From positions 37,882,001 to 37,946,000 of the forward strand of contig NC_043013.1 of assembly GCF_006345805.1 (NCBI RefSeq): a stretch of 64,000 bases of DNA, given 5' to 3'. The notes below the pieces were generated by a model. That model was not told the DNA's origin. It saw nothing but the letters and a program-made list of their open reading frames with translations, and ran no database searches. Numbering within the stretch: position 1 is the stretch's first letter; each line of letters opens with the position of its first letter. Shown here piece by piece: positions 13,535-29,100 of the stretch. This stretch comes from Octopus sinensis. Lineage: Eukaryota. A program made the position numbers and the translations under genes.

Positions 13535-14490
13535 GAAAACTTTCGGCTGATTTAAAGTTATCAGGGCCCATCCACGCCATGTTCATTACCTACGCTTTCT
13601 ATGATGTAGTGCGTGAAGTGGATAGTACCGTGGATATATCTGTTTACTATGCTGCAGATCTGTACATTCCCTGTAGTCTATCGACGACATGGGCTAACCT
13701 GAGAGTTAACACTTCGGTCAAAATATTCAACTATGCATTTAGGAGTGTTACGGGTCCGAAGTTATTAAAATCATTTCCTGCATTCAGACTCTTTCTCAGC
13801 GGCACCACTACAACTTTTCGCAGAAATGGGTATTACCTTTTTTTCAGACAGTTATAGAAGCTCACTTAAAGATCTGGCATATGAAGATAAATCTCGTATA
13901 TCAGACCACCGTACCACTACATCTTAAATTTTGTGCAGTCAGCTGTCGCTTCCTTTGTTTTGTTTGCTGTCATCGGCCTTTATAAGATCCGTGGCTGGCC
14001 TTCGAGACAGCCAGTATAATCCACCCTTGTCCCCGGTCCGCCGCCTACTCCAAAGAGCTGAGCAAAATGCCACTGCGAAGCCATACACATCTGCTTGGAA
14101 TCAAGTAGTCAGTACACTCCCGAATTGTAGATTTCTTGCAATGATGTGTCTCTGCCTTTCGAGCCTGCGCGTCCAATATACGGCATTCATTCCTTAATGC
14201 TGCGGATCACGCGCCCGAGTTCTGATAGCGCATCCTTTGTGCTCAGCATTGAAGCATTGGCCATAAATCAATTTTGCCGATAGCGCATCTATCAGAATGC
14301 CTTTCCCAAACGCCACTTTTAAGTTGTTATTTCGTTTTCCCTCTACTCCTGAAATCTTTTTTACTATTCCCGTGCCAAAACTTATCAACCCTAAACTAAC
14401 CGTCTTTTTCAGGAGTAACCACCGACATATATCGAGTCTGGAAGACAAGTGTGTAGAAGGGATCCATGCGACCACAAATGTTTAAATGTT
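13535..14490 (-). mobile_element. Degraded Tx1/L1-clade LINE ORF2 (linker and start of RT), running into the gap
   Basis: With stops and frameshifts: MCMASQWHFAQLFG, GLIYEIYLHMPDL, VVVPLRKSLNAGNDFNNFGPVTLLNA*LNILTEVLTLRLAHVVDRL. Matches the NxRPITLLNxDxKILAKVLAxRL motif of L1/Tx1 RT. Confidence 0.8.
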
Positions 14491-15319
14491 ACATCTAGCT
14501 TTAACTCCAACCCTTAATGTGCCATAATTGTTACCGCTAACTAGGGAGAGGTATCACCATCGATGTCTCTGACGTTGAGACCTATATTTCCCTTTCTCAT
14601 TTACTGTGTTGCCGGTGTGATTTGGGATTAATACGAATTAAGTGTTAAAAATAAATCATATAGTACCATCTGTCACTCTCACTGCATCAAGGATATTTCA
14701 CAAAATTATCTTCCTTAAGAATTTTGCGCCCCCCCCCCCTTGAGTTAGAAGGGGAACAGAAAACGCGTCGTGGTTTTAGCAGGACATAGATGTTTCATCT
14801 TTCATGTTCGATAGGTGTCTGAAATTGTTTGTGAAATGGTGGACATGTTAGACGCACAAGACTTACGAGGAGGCACATACTAGATTTTCGATTGAAACAA
14901 TATGATAATTGTATAATTAAATAATTAAGAAATATATTGTTACGGGTAGTACTGAAGTTGCGAATAACTTGAGCTCTAGGGATGTTAAAGGGAAATAACT
15001 CAACTGTACCGTATAAGATCAACACTTAGCTTCGCCACTAGTTAACAAATAATTTCACTGTCTTTCTCCCAATCGCTATTTGTATATATTTAATGTGTAT
15101 ACATATACATACATGCAAATAGACATACATACATACACATACATACATACATACATACATACATACATACATACATACATACATACATACATACATACAT
15201 ACATAAGTGTGTATGTGTATCTCTCTACCTAGTAATCTCTACAAATATATGCAGGATGGGTCGAAATGACCGTCGTACAAAATAAAGATTAACTCCAGAT
15301 CCATCTTCTGATTACTGAA

Positions 15320-15321
15320 GA

Positions 15322-15390
<69 letters not shown>

Positions 15391-15400
15391 GTTGTTGTTG

Positions 15401-15435
<35 letters not shown>

Positions 15436-15520
15436 TTTATTACTATTATTATTACTATTATTATTATTATTATCATTATTATTACTATTATTATTATTAT
15501 CATTATTATTATCATTGTTA
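15320..15520. repeat. (ATT)n microsatellite
   Basis: Direct reading. Confidence 0.96.
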
Positions 15521-15879
15521 TATAGACACACACATATGTGTATAAGTATACATACATGTACATATGTATATGTGTGTGCGTGTATGTTTATACACACACA
15601 CAACCGCGCGCACGTAGACACACCTACGCACACCCACAGATATAAACGCACGCATATATCCTTACACAGCTCTTTACCTTTCTGGTTACATACTAATCTG
15701 TCCCAATACAGATTACGCGATAATGCCAGTGTGTGTGCGTGTGGGCTTCTATGCATGTTAGTGTATGCTGCTTTGCGCGTATATGAGTGTGTGTGTGTGT
15801 GTGTGTTTGTGTACGATCTGTTTGTTTCAGCATGTGCGTGCATAGGTGGTTTTATGTGTGTTGGTTTGGTAGTTGGCAT

Positions 15880-15920
<41 letters not shown>

Positions 15921-16712
15921 ATCTGTGTAGCATGGGACAATTGCTGAAGTAACACGTGGTCAACTCAGAGAACAAAACAAACTGTATAAGACACAAACAA
16001 CATCGTAAGCTATTTAGCTGCCAAGACATTACCGTCTCTTTTGTGCTTGATAAATTTAATTGAATATCCATGTAGACGTTGTTTAATATCACAATATCGA
16101 TCCGTTGTCCATTGATGGATTTTAAAGGTAATAATGTTGACCTGTTTTCAATGAGAAATCTAGCATACTAACAAAACTCTGTTTGTATGTATTTGCGTAT
16201 AAGTCAATGTTCGCTTATGGCAGCCATTTTTTTTTGTACACGTGAGAGAAAACATGTGCTGAGTCGTAGGTGTTATGCTTGTGTTTAACGTATCACAGTT
16301 CTTATGGTTCTGATAACTTTCGTATATAGTTTAGTTATTTTTTTCCTTTGATAATTGCTGTGGTTATTTACCTCAAAGTCATTCCCGAAGGATCTAACCA
16401 AAGATCAAACACGTTGTTGGTATGTCTTACCTATATACGAATTCAGACATAGTAATGCATTAGACGCATTTGGAAATGTAATGTGTTATTTCAGAGGGGA
16501 TTTGTTCATGGCAGCACGATTGACAACTTGAAAGCTTTCTTTTTGCGGCTTCTGTTCCTGTTGTTTAAACTATTTAACTCCCACACAGCTCTGCTTGTAT
16601 ATACTTTAATTATAAATATATGTACGTAGTTGCAAGAATAGTGGTTTAAAGGTCTGGTATATTATGCCCTCTCTTAAATGAATTCAGGATGAATAATGGT
16701 AAATACATTCAT

Positions 16713-16888
16713 GAAGCTTGCTTACGAACCACATGGTTCCGGGTTCAGTCCCACTGCGTGGCACATAGGCAAGTGTCTTTACTATAGCTCGGGCTCGGCC
16801 GACCAAAGCCTTGTGAGTGGATTTGGTAGACGGAAGCTGAAAGAAGCCCGTTGTATATATATATATATAGATAATATATATATGTGTG

Positions 16889-16933
<45 letters not shown>

Positions 16934-17217
16934 GTGTGTGTGTGTGTGTGCGTGTATGGGTGTGTGTGTGCGTGTGTGTGTGTGTGTGACTCTCTGTGTG
17001 TGTGTGTATTTGTGCGTCTGTGTTTGTCCCACAAACATCGCTTGACAACAGATGCTGGTGTGTTTACGTCCCCGTAACTTAGAGGTTCGGCAAAAGAGAC
17101 CGATAGAATAAGTATTAGGCTTACAAAGAATAAGTCCTGGAGTCGATTTGCTCGACTAAAGGCGGTGCTCCAGCATGGCCACAGTCACATGACTGAAACA
17201 AGTAAAAGAGAGAGTAA
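16713..17217 (+). mobile_element. tRNA-derived SINE family A
   Basis: ccgggttcagtccc B-box-like head, central (TA)/(TG) tract, tail ggcggtgctccagcatggccacagtc...gactgaaacaagtaaaagag. Confidence 0.9.
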
Positions 17218-18850
17218 AAAAGTTGACAAGCTGTAATTGACTGCAAAGAAATATTTATTACTGTTGCAAATATTTGATACAGCAAACTGGTAGGACATTA
17301 TGATTGTCAAATCATTATATAGATTTAAAAACTCATAAAAATGAAGATATAAAGGTTAGAGAAAAGCCTGAAGTACAGCATCACAAAAATTTTGATTACG
17401 ATTCTATTTAAATGCGAAGCATCACATGAAGGGTTTTGGATTAACCCCTATTCAAGCTGAAAACTGCGAAGTGAAATCAAACTGTTATCACATCAAAGTC
17501 CCAAAACTCTCCTCTCCAGGGAATTAGCGAGCCAAAACTTGCCATTTTATAGCTGATGAACAGACGCTAGACTAGTCCATCACGTTAAAGCTGTGAGCGG
17601 TCCAGGTAAAACTAAATGGGCCCGAACATCATGTAGTGAACCAAAATGAGTAGTTGAAAGTAAAAAAAAACAAAAAACAATGTGGGCAGCTAAAGTTCAA
17701 GAGAGATTATGCTTTGATCAAAGATGTAACACATGACGAGGTCCAGTATTTTTGCACTTTGCAAATATATGTAACTTGGATTTCATTAATTAATAGTCCC
17801 TGTCTACTTTAATATTTTAAATATCAGTATATTAAGCAATATCTTTAACAGAACATGTAACTAAATATAGTTTCTTTCATATGGTCGTGTTTTGCGAGCA
17901 TTTTTTGTTACTAAATTACGCAGCAATAAAAAAGAAATAGCTGTTTAATTCAACTTTTTTTTGATATTGCACGAATTAATTATTGGAATCGAGGTTCGCT
18001 CATTGGTTCATAATTTAGCCTTATGAGTATAAAGAGCATTATATAGCAAAAAGCATTAATCTAATTCTGCATATAAGTTTAAAGTAATTTCGAAAGCTGT
18101 ACAAGTACTTTGTTACCTAAGCTGCTATTTAAGCTCATAAAATGCAAAGAAAGAAGGTGGTGGAGTGGATATCTTTATTCTATTATCCAAAGAGATATTG
18201 CTTTTGAATAATATTTAATATTTTAATGATTTCAATTTTGATATGTCAAATTTTAATTGGAACTTAAGTATGTGAATATACATTACATAGAGCTAACTTA
18301 ATATTCTTTTGTGCTAAAAAGTGATTGTACTTTTAAGAAATTAGATAAAATGAATTGGCATAAATTCATCTATATGTATTTTTGTTGTACGTTGATATAT
18401 CAAATACGAAAAATACAACTTTAAAATTTGGCTTTTAAAACTGAGCTGTACTATGATCGCATAAAATTTTTTACATGTATTCATAGATTAATATATAATG
18501 ATTTTATTAATCTAGATACTGGGAAACTTTATTGCGAAGGTGATCAAATTTTGTCCAACGTGGAAAATTATGTTCTTATACACAAGTATGTATGCTCGTT
18601 TCTATGATTCCATGTATGTGTGTATACTTGTGTGTATATGTATAATCGGAGATAACAAATAATGATAAAGGTGGAGCACCAGCATGACTGCACCTCTCCA
18701 GTTGAAACTGGTTAAAGTGTTAAAGCGAGTATATATATAAATATATATACATGCACGTATAATGTGAGTACCTGTCTATACATTCATACGTCATACATAA
18801 ATACGTGCATATACACCTATGTGCGTATGTAAATCTATATGTATGTGTAA

Positions 18851-18881
<31 letters not shown>

Positions 18882-18912
18882 AATATATATATACATATAT
18901 ATATATACACAC

Positions 18913-18956
<44 letters not shown>

Positions 18957-20289
18957 TATATATATAATATATATATATATAGATAGATATAGATATATAT
19001 TTATACTTTCCACGTATGCGAGTAACTATCTATACATGCATATGTACATATATACATATATGTATATTTGTGTATATACGGTCATATGTATATTTTTGTG
19101 TGTATACACACTCACACACACACACAAAACACAAACACACACAAAAAACACACGCACACACATATTATATATATACACATACATTCATATATGCATAGCT
19201 GCATATAAACGTGTATGTGTATGTGCGCAAGCACATATACACACAAATATAAATGCGTATATATGCGTATATACTTGAGGATTCTGGTAAATGGCTTGGC
19301 TATATGTCTATGTGTGCGGTTTCATTTTGTAAGCGAGTTTTATCTGCTGTTTTTAATTATATCTCAGCCCTCCCCACTATTCAATACGGTACCCTTTATT
19401 TACCTTCCTGAACAATGAGCGAACCACCTGAAGTTCTTATCAGTAGGTAATCTTTTTTTTTCTATATTAATTAACCTAATTCTAAGATAATAGCTCACCT
19501 ACTTTATCAACACGTAACAAGATGAACCGACGGACGAATCTTTATGTGGTAGTTTGGCATATTGATAAGGGAAGTCAATTATATTAACTATTTAAATACG
19601 GAAAGAACGCAGGAGATAATGCTGTCATACATACACTCTTTTGTATATGGGTTGGTCATGGATGGAATGCTTTTGCGTATATAATCGCTCGATCACACAA
19701 AAGGCGGAGTTAAAAAAACAACAAATTTGATATTTGCAAGAAGTGCGTTGACGGATGAGAAAGTCCTTATGTGTTTGCTCATTCCTGTTAGAAAAAGTAA
19801 CCAAGTTTCAGTCACATCACAGACTACTGAATTAACGAGAGAATAATATACAAGACGGTGTAAATTCCGATGTAAGTTTGTTGCGGGTATAAGATGACCA
19901 TAGCAGAGCATTGATCATGTAACTGTTGAATCAGTGTTTATCAAAGGTTAATCAATGGACAACACAACGTGTTATATTTCAGAGTCGTAATGAGTTAACC
20001 ATGTCTATTGCATTCAAAATTTTGAACAAGTTCACACATTTGAATCACGGAGGACGTTGTCGATAACAATCGGCTGTAATTTATATACCATCGATTTAGA
20101 GAGCTGAAAATCGAAACTCGTCATTGGCAAAATCAATCTTGGAACGTATATGAATAAATATATTATTGCTCAAATACCTGCCTATCTAGAATTCATGGTA
20201 GCCTCGGCGAAGCTTTTTCTTTATTTTTGTTCCTAAAGCACTACATCCTGTTTCGAGTTTGCCCTGTGTTATCGAGGGATGGCAATATA

Positions 20290-21268
20290 CTTTTCTACTC
20301 TAGCCACAAGGCCCGAAATTTTTGTGGAGGGAAGAGCAGTCGATTAGATCGACCCCAGTACACAACTGGTACTTAATGTATCGACCCCGAAAGGATGAAA
20401 GGCGAAGTCTACCTCGGCGGAATTTCAACTCAGAACACGAAGACAGACGAAACACCGTTAAGCCCGGCGTGTTATCGTTTCTTATTTCTTTATTGCCCAC
20501 AAGGGGCTAAACATAGAGGGGACAAACAAGGGATTAAGTCGTTTACATCGACCCAGTGAGTAACTGGTACTTAATTAATCGACCCCGAAAGGATGAAAGG
20601 CAAAGTCGATCTTGGCGGAATTTGAACTCAGAACGCATATGCAAACGAAATACCTATTTCGTTACTACCCACAAGGGGCTACACACAGAGAGGACAAACA
20701 AGAACAGAAAAACAGATTAAGTCGATTATATCGACCCCAGTGCGTAACTGGTACTTATTTAATCGACCCCGAAAGGATGAAAGGCGAAGTCTACCTCGGC
20801 GGAATTTCAACTCAGAACACGAAGACAGACGAAACACCGTTAAGCCCGGCGTGTTATCGTTTCTTATTTCTTTATTGCCCACAAGGGGCTAAACATAGAG
20901 GGGACAAACAAGGGATTAAGTCGTTTACATCGACCCAGTGAGTAACTGGTACTTAATTAATCGACCCCGAAAGGATGAAAGGCAAAGTCGATCTTGGCGG
21001 AATTTGAACTCAGAACGCATATGCAAACGAAATACCTATTTCGTTACTACCCACAAGGGGCTACACACAGAGAGGACAAACAAGAACAGAAAAACAGATT
21101 AAGTCGATTATATCGACCCCAGTGCGTAACTGGTACTTATTTAATCGACCCCGAAAGGATGAAAGGCAAAGTCGACCTCGGCGGAATTTGAACTCAGAAC
21201 GTAACGGCAGACGAAATACCGCTAAGCACTTCGCCTAGCGTGCTAACGTTTCTGCCACGTCGCTGCCC
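20290..21268 (-). mobile_element. Tandem array of about 5 SINE family B units containing an exact 382-bp duplication
   Basis: Repeated gaccccgaaaggatgaaaggc(a/g)aagtc; complete tRNA-like head only at the 21190-21268 end. Confidence 0.9.
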
Positions 21269-22239
21269 TCGAGGGATGACAATATAGTCATAAATATGCA
21301 AAAACACATGTTTGAAGGGTTACAGATTTAACCCCTTTAATCAGAGATCTGCTACATCAATACCCAAGAGGGAAAAAGCAATAATTTAAGGCGTTTCGGT
21401 AAATGTTGACCAGTAAAACGACTAGTAAAGTTGAGGTTCCGGGAGTAGAATTCACTTCCCATCCTGATATCGAATTTGTATCAGTCTTAGGTTTTCTTCT
21501 CATTCATTTTATGGCCTCTGCATCATTTAGTCTTAGATGAACTTAGCATCACAATCGTTGATGGTAAAGCATAACGACAACTATGTTAGCTGTCAGTGGA
21601 GATATCCGGACACTAAGTCTACTTAGTCACTATCATTGTTTAGCCCTGAAATACATGACACACCTCGCGTTGCAATACACAGCTCTTTCGATCCCGAGAG
21701 ACATATAAATCAATCTATGAAGCTGCTAAAATATACTCGCGTTAGCTTTTGAGAGTAAATTTAGATGTTTGAGAGACACCATATGAAACAATAACAAAAG
21801 CAGATTTAGGTACTTATTCTTTATATAAAATACAACGGAAATATTGTCTGTGAGAAAGCACCACTGCATCAAATTCTATTCTAGATTGGGTTTTCTATTA
21901 TGAATCCTTCAATGTTTAGGCATTATCATGTCCTAAAGATTGAATCTGTGCAAAAGCATATTTTTCCATCACGTTTGACTTCTTGTTTCTACTCTGTAAA
22001 ACACAACTTGCCTTGTCGACCTTAAATAACCTTAGTAGCATATCAATTATACCACATAAAAACACTTGCTCGCTCCTTCTTCAATTCTTCTCTATTGCTG
22101 GTAAAGTAACTCTATGGATGCCTTCCTACGACGCATCTCACAGCAGAATGTAGCACGAGAAAGGGAGAGAGATTAAGAAATCCACAGTAGTACTTCATTG
22201 GGACACGTTTAAGGAAACCAGAAGGATTATCATTTTTTT

Positions 22240-22410
22240 TTCTACTATAGGCACAAGGCCTGAAATTTGGAGCAGCGAATCATTTCATTGACCTCAAAAG
22301 GATGAAAGTGGATGTCGAACTTAGCAGAATTTTAACAGAATGTAAAGACGAACGAAATGCCGCTGAGCATTTCGTTCGATGCGCTAGCGATTCTGCCAGC
22401 TCACCGCCTT
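22240..22410 (-). mobile_element. Decayed SINE family B
   Basis: aaggatgaaagtggatgtcgaac...gctagcgattctgccagctcaccgcc. Confidence 0.75.
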
Positions 22411-22748
22411 AAGAATAAAGGCAAAATAAGAGTTGTCCTTGGTCTCATTTAAAATTGTACCCTTTAGGAAAGTAAGAATTAGCTGCTGATAGTAATGTCC
22501 GTTGTGCTTAAAGAAGAAGACATCATCAGTTAAATGTGTATGTAAATGTATAAACATGAGTATTTTGGTATAAATACAGGTCTATAATCATTTGTCTTCG
22601 TTCAGGGATATGGCCTATTCTCAAAGCAACTAATACATTCATATATATATATATATAATATATATATATGTATGTATGTATCTATGTATGTGTGTATGTA
22701 TATATACGCGTCCATGTGTATACTAAATGGCCAGACAGGTAGTCATTA

Positions 22749-22786
<38 letters not shown>

Positions 22787-22822
22787 GCACACACACACAC
22801 AGGCACACACACACACACACAT

Positions 22823-23203
22823 TGGCGCAGAAGTGGTAGAGTGGTAAAATGCTTGCTTCCCAACCACATGGTTCCGGGTTCAGTGTCACTGCGTAGTACC
22901 TTGGGCAAGTGTCTTTTACTAGAGCCTCGGGCCGACCAAAGCCTTGTGAGTCGGTTTGGTAGACGGAAACTGTAAGACGCCCGTGGTGTATATATATATA
23001 TATATTTGTGTGTTTGTGTTTGTCTTCTCACCAGCAATTGACAACCGATGCTGGAGTGTTTACGTCCCCGTAACTTAGTGATTCGGCAAAAGAGCTGATA
23101 GAATAAGTACTAGGCTTACAAAGATTAAGTCCTGGGATAGATTTGTTCGGCTAAATTGGGTGCTCCAGCATGGCCGCAGTCAAATGACTGAAATAAGTGA
23201 AAC
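22823..23203 (+). mobile_element. tRNA-derived SINE family A
   Basis: Full head to tail, colinear with the other copies. Confidence 0.9.
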
Positions 23204-23336
23204 AATAGAAGAATATATGTGTATGTATATATATATATATGTGTATATATATAGAGAGAGATATAGATATGTATATATATATGTATATATACATACATGC
23301 ATACATGCATATATACATACATATATACATACATAT

Positions 23337-23419
<83 letters not shown>

Positions 23420-24234
23420 GAATACGGTGCATATTGATTTGTATATGTTTCTTCACTAAACAAGGGGTGTGTGACATAGCCCGGCAGTGCAGTGCACAAA
23501 GTACTATTTTTCTAGCGGGTTGGATGGGTATGGAAGGAAATGTGAGGAATGAGGTTTCTACCCCCTCCTAGGCACGAAGTGGGAGGGCGGAGTGAAGCTA
23601 CTCATGGGATAAATTTCGCTATACATCTACTATGATTGATGAGTTATTTAATTAATACCATGCGTTAGACATTTTGTCAAAGATCCCAAAATATTACTTA
23701 TATACATATACATATACATACACACACACATATATGCATATACATATGTGTATATATTTCTATATATATGTATAAATATATACGTATATATAAGTATATT
23801 TATCTATCTATCTACATCTATATATATATATAGAGAGAGAGAGAGAGGGAGGGAGAGAGAGAGATATAGATATATGGACGTGTGTATGCGTGTGTATATC
23901 TATATATATAATATATATATATATAAATAAATATATGTGTGTGTGTGTGTGTGTACGTGTGTCTTTGTGAGTGTTTGTGAGTGAATGCGTAAGAAGGCAT
24001 GTACACGTGCGCCCTGGCAAACAGGCGTACACACAAGCTCAAACCTATATGTACAGACATACTCACACAAATAATAGTATAGTGAGTGTAAGAAAAGGAA
24101 GAACAGAGAGGGAGTTCATGGCGGTGGGGAAGAGATTTAATATAGAAAGATTGATAAACAGATGGGTTATTTTTATACATAGACATTATTCACGCATTGT
24201 AACATATATGCATGCTTACACATACCTCCAGAAT

Positions 24235-24271
<37 letters not shown>

Positions 24272-24780
24272 TACGTGTGTGTGTATGTGCGTGTGTGTAT
24301 TCGTACATACATTCATACGTTGGATATACATGTATATAATCACTAACAGGAAAATATATCGCGATGAAAATCTAGTACCCAACCTCCCATTCTTAGAATG
24401 TGTTTCCTGCGTCATGTGTATCAATAAATATACAAATATCTCTTTACATACAGTCCGTAGAGACACTGACACACACATTCATAATATATATATACATATA
24501 AGTATATTCCACAATTGCAAAAACTGCCATACCAACAATCCAACATGTATCCATCATCAGCTGCCTCATAGATAGCATTATTGTTTCGACACCCACCTGA
24601 GCAGTACCATTCAATCGGGCGGTGTCAAAAGCACTAAAATAAGTGTTGTTTGGAAATAAACATACCAAAGAAACCACAACTTTCAAACACATGTACCCTA
24701 TGAACAACCGTATAGATATACACACACACACGCACACACACACACACACACATACACACACGTAGTACGTATATATATAA

Positions 24781-24892
24781 TCTTTTACTTGTTACAGTTA
24801 TCGACTGTTTCCATGCTGGGGCAGCGCCTTGAAATTTTAGTCAAATATACCGGCCAAACTACTTTTTTTAAGCCTAGTACTTATTCTATCCT
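24781..24892 (-). mobile_element. SINE family A 3' fragment
   Basis: ccatgctggggcagcgcc...aagcctagtacttattctatc. Confidence 0.7.
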
Positions 24893-26288
24893 TAATTTTT
24901 GTAAGTCGATGCGAAGGAAATGTGCGACCAGTTTCTTGTAGGTTGATCGACTGCGTAGATTCTCCATCTTACTTGTCTGCTATGTTATCTTTTAACTTCA
25001 GGTCAACCTGAAATAAACTTACGAAGATACTGGGTTTTTTTGTATTAATTCAAAGTATATCCCTGACTAAATTTTCTTTTTTTCTGTCTTTCCGTTTAAA
25101 ACAATGCGAAGTTCTTTAAGAATACCGGGCTGTAATTTCTAGCAGGATGAGCAACACTATAAACGATCCTTCGTTAACTAAGATAACTGTTGCTTTCATA
25201 TTCGTTGCTGCTGTTTATGTTACCCTAACGTCAACCCCAAAATTCCAGAAGTATAATTCATTCTACAATTGACACAGAGCCTGGAATTTGGTAGGAGGGG
25301 TGCTTCGATTAAATCGAATCCCACCGCTTTGCTACCAAATTTGCAATAGAATGCGAAGACGGACAATATGCTGCATTTTAGCTGGCATGCAAATGATTCA
25401 ACCAGCCCGCAACTTTTCAGCAGAAATATAAGAGTATAATGTGATAACCAATCTCTGAGTTTATTCAGAAATACTGTATTTCAAATGTCTTGGATACAAC
25501 TATACGCAACATTGACGTTGTTCTCGTTAAAGGGCTTATTATAAATGTAAAGATGCTAATATGCTTACTAATATGCTTACTACGTTGAACATATATATTC
25601 TATACACCTATGTTTGTTTTTTTGTCCTCTATCTTTAATAAATATGTGTGTGTGTGTGTAAATGTATGAGTATGTGTATATGTGTGTGTGTGTGTTTATT
25701 ATATCATTTTGGCTACTTTGACTAATAGCATCTCGTATAGCTCATCAGGTAAATTCTTGTTAATCAATGGACAGTATTTGTCTACCATCTCCATGTGGTA
25801 TATCTATCGCTCAATTTCTGGTTTTAAATTTATTGTTCATTGAGAATTATATTCGGTATTAGCCCCTTAAACGTACTCTTCGAGATGGACGGTGCGACCC
25901 CTTACAGTACTTGTCATATACAGTAGATACATTTACTACGGCATCTTTATGTATGAATGCATGTCAGTGCATCTACTTGTATGCATGTATGCATGAAAAA
26001 ATGCATGCATCAGTGGCGTTTTTCTGCATGAATGCAAAGCATGAAATACGTGATTATATAAATGAATGCGAATGCCGCATCCGATTTTAGGATTTGATTT
26101 GCCACTTGTTTTCATAATACATAGCTGGAAAGGTGCTACACATGCAGTTTTGGCTTTTAAAAAATCCTGCTCTGGCTTGTTTTTTTTTTATATGAATGTA
26201 TGCATACATGCGCATTTCTGCGTATATATACATACATAGACATCTATGCATATATTGTCATACGTATAAGTATGCTTCTATATGTATA

Positions 26289-26333
<45 letters not shown>

Positions 26334-26339
26334 ATATAT

Positions 26340-26371
<32 letters not shown>

Positions 26372-27117
26372 ATATAGATATATATGTGTGTGTGTGTATA
26401 TATATATGTGTATATGTATATATATATGTATATATATATGCATATATACATACATACACACAAACGCACACACACACACATACACACACACACACACACA
26501 CATATATATATGTATATATATATATATAGTTAAAAGCCACTACTGGACCATAACTTTAAGTTTTATACATCAACACAAGCAATCGAAACGTCAGATGGAT
26601 AATAACCAAACATTCTTTTCATGGACCAGTAGACTTCTTTATATCCTCTATATAAATAGATAGGAGTGTGTAAGTGTCATGTGTGTGCATGCGCCTGAGT
26701 ATTTGTGTGTGTTTTGAAAGTATACTTAGGCATACTAATATGGATCCCACAGAGTTTACGTGAAATGCTTTCAAGTAGGTTTACATTTCATTCTACCTTT
26801 TTTATTTTTTTTACTCTTTTAGGCTATGTTTTCATTTATATATTTATTGTCATTAGTTTTACACCTGGCTGAATTTGTTTAGCTGAACTAATTAATGACA
26901 CGTGAACGATGCACTGGACACAAATTGTATCATTAATGTGAACATCGCTTGACCAAAGTGAAACAACATGGCTGAATTCATTATTCTACCTTGCCATAAA
27001 TACGTGACGCTGCATTTGTTTACATATTCACGTTTACAGACGCATTGATAAATGTATACATACGTATTTGCAACGATAGTCGCACACACACATTGCGTAC
27101 GCGCATATATTTCTGCG

Positions 27118-27153
<36 letters not shown>

Positions 27154-27263
27154 CATACTTACATTAATACATACATGCATAGATATATATATTTATGTGT
27201 ATATACATATGTATACTTATGTATATTTGTGAGTATCTACACACGAATATATACATGTATACT

Positions 27264-27294
<31 letters not shown>

Positions 27295-28125
27295 TATACA
27301 CATATACACACATATATGTGCGTGTGTGTGTGTTAGTGTTAGTGTGTATGTATGTATGTATAATATATATACACACATATATCTATATATGTATATGTAT
27401 ATATATGTTTGTATATATGCATGTATGTGTATATATATATGTATATATGTATGTGTATGCACACCCATTTATACATATTTGTGTATATATATATATGTAT
27501 ATATGTCTGTGTATGCATGTATATGTATATATGTGTGTGTGTGTGAGTGTCTGTGTACATACGCATGTTTGTATATATTTGTCTGTGTATGTATGTATAG
27601 ATGTATATTTATAATACCAAAGTGCTATTCAAATTTGTCTTTTGCAGTATCATGTTTTTATGCTTTGTGAAGTACATCGATTGAAAATGAATTCGCGATG
27701 ATTGCTGTTGCTGCTTTTATTGAAGTCGGTAAAAGTTGCATGGCAAATGTGGTCAAAAGGTTTGCTTATACTGTATCGATGTCCTTGCTATTAATAGGTA
27801 TTCTTGAAGATGTTACAGTGAAGTCAGTAACCGTTTCCTCTTTCGTTTTCCTCCAATTCTGAATATGGCAATTTGTATATTTTACCTATATCTTGAGATT
27901 GGAGTAATTGTACGTAGAGGTTTATAAGCAAAACAAATGAACAAAACGTGCTCTATTGATCAACCCCTATGAATCGGCATCGCGCAAACGACCGTGCTTT
28001 CGTATCATAGACAATCACTGAGTTGGTTTTTGTACATTAATATTTACAAGTATGCGGGCACGAACGAAGATAGGCTCTCAGTCACTCACTCTCTTTCTCT
28101 CTGTCTTTCTATGTGTGTGTATATA

Positions 28126-28173
<48 letters not shown>

Positions 28174-28427
28174 GTGGGTGTGTTTGTGGGTGTGTTATTT
28201 TGTGAGTATGAATAAATACGCATACATACATAAATACATATATACATCTATATTATAATACATATTGGATTTTTCTTATAAGGTATTGGAATCGTACATA
28301 TATACCATTCTGCCTAAAAAAATGGATCTACAATCTCAATATCCCTACATCAATTTTCTTCCCTCCACCTCACTCTCTATTTTGTATCCTATCTAAACTA
28401 ACTTTGACTTAACTATCCTCTCACACT

Positions 28428-28479
28428 GTCTCCAATGAAGGGATATAATTAATAAATATCCTGGAAACAGCTGTAAGAC
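28428..28479 (+). ncRNA. Type I hammerhead-like motif with altered core
   Basis: GTCT-CCAATGA-AG-GGATAT..ATATCC-TG-GAA-ACAGCTGT-A-AGAC: perfect 4-bp stem I, 6-bp stem II, palindromic stem III, GUA site. Core has U4C and G5A. Confidence 0.55.
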
Positions 28480-28561
28480 CTTCTATCTATAAACGTTCTA
28501 ATATCTACACAGCCTTGGTTTTTTATCTCATTACGCAAAAAATTCTTATATACATATAGAC

Positions 28562-28633
<72 letters not shown>

Positions 28634-28761
28634 TATGTACACACATATATATATATTATATATATATATATATATATGCATACATGCACACATATACGTA
28701 TATAAGTATACACTTATACATACATGTGTGCATGTGCGTGTATTAAGTAAATGTGTGGAGG

Positions 28762-28801
<40 letters not shown>

Positions 28802-29042
28802 GAGGGAGAGGTTTAGGTGATGTCCAAATTCTAAGAGGCTCCCCGGTTTCTGTGTTCGAGAGAAGTTCGAAAAATATAAGCTGTACCCACATCATACGGA
28901 CAGATAGGAAATTACATTCGCAGACACACATACATATATTACACGTGCACATAAATTGCTGCACATATAGATTTCTATATGCATAACTCTTAAAATATAC
29001 ATATACATGCTATATATGCATACATAACATTCATACATATAA

Positions 29043-29090
<48 letters not shown>

Positions 29091-29100
29091 TATATATAAA

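Noticed and set aside
16383-16420. CCGAAG-GATCT/AGATC-AAACACGT
   Set aside because: Would need two core deletions
19790-19876. Segment ending in a strong GAT/gtaagt donor
   Set aside because: All frames from the nearby acceptors contain stops
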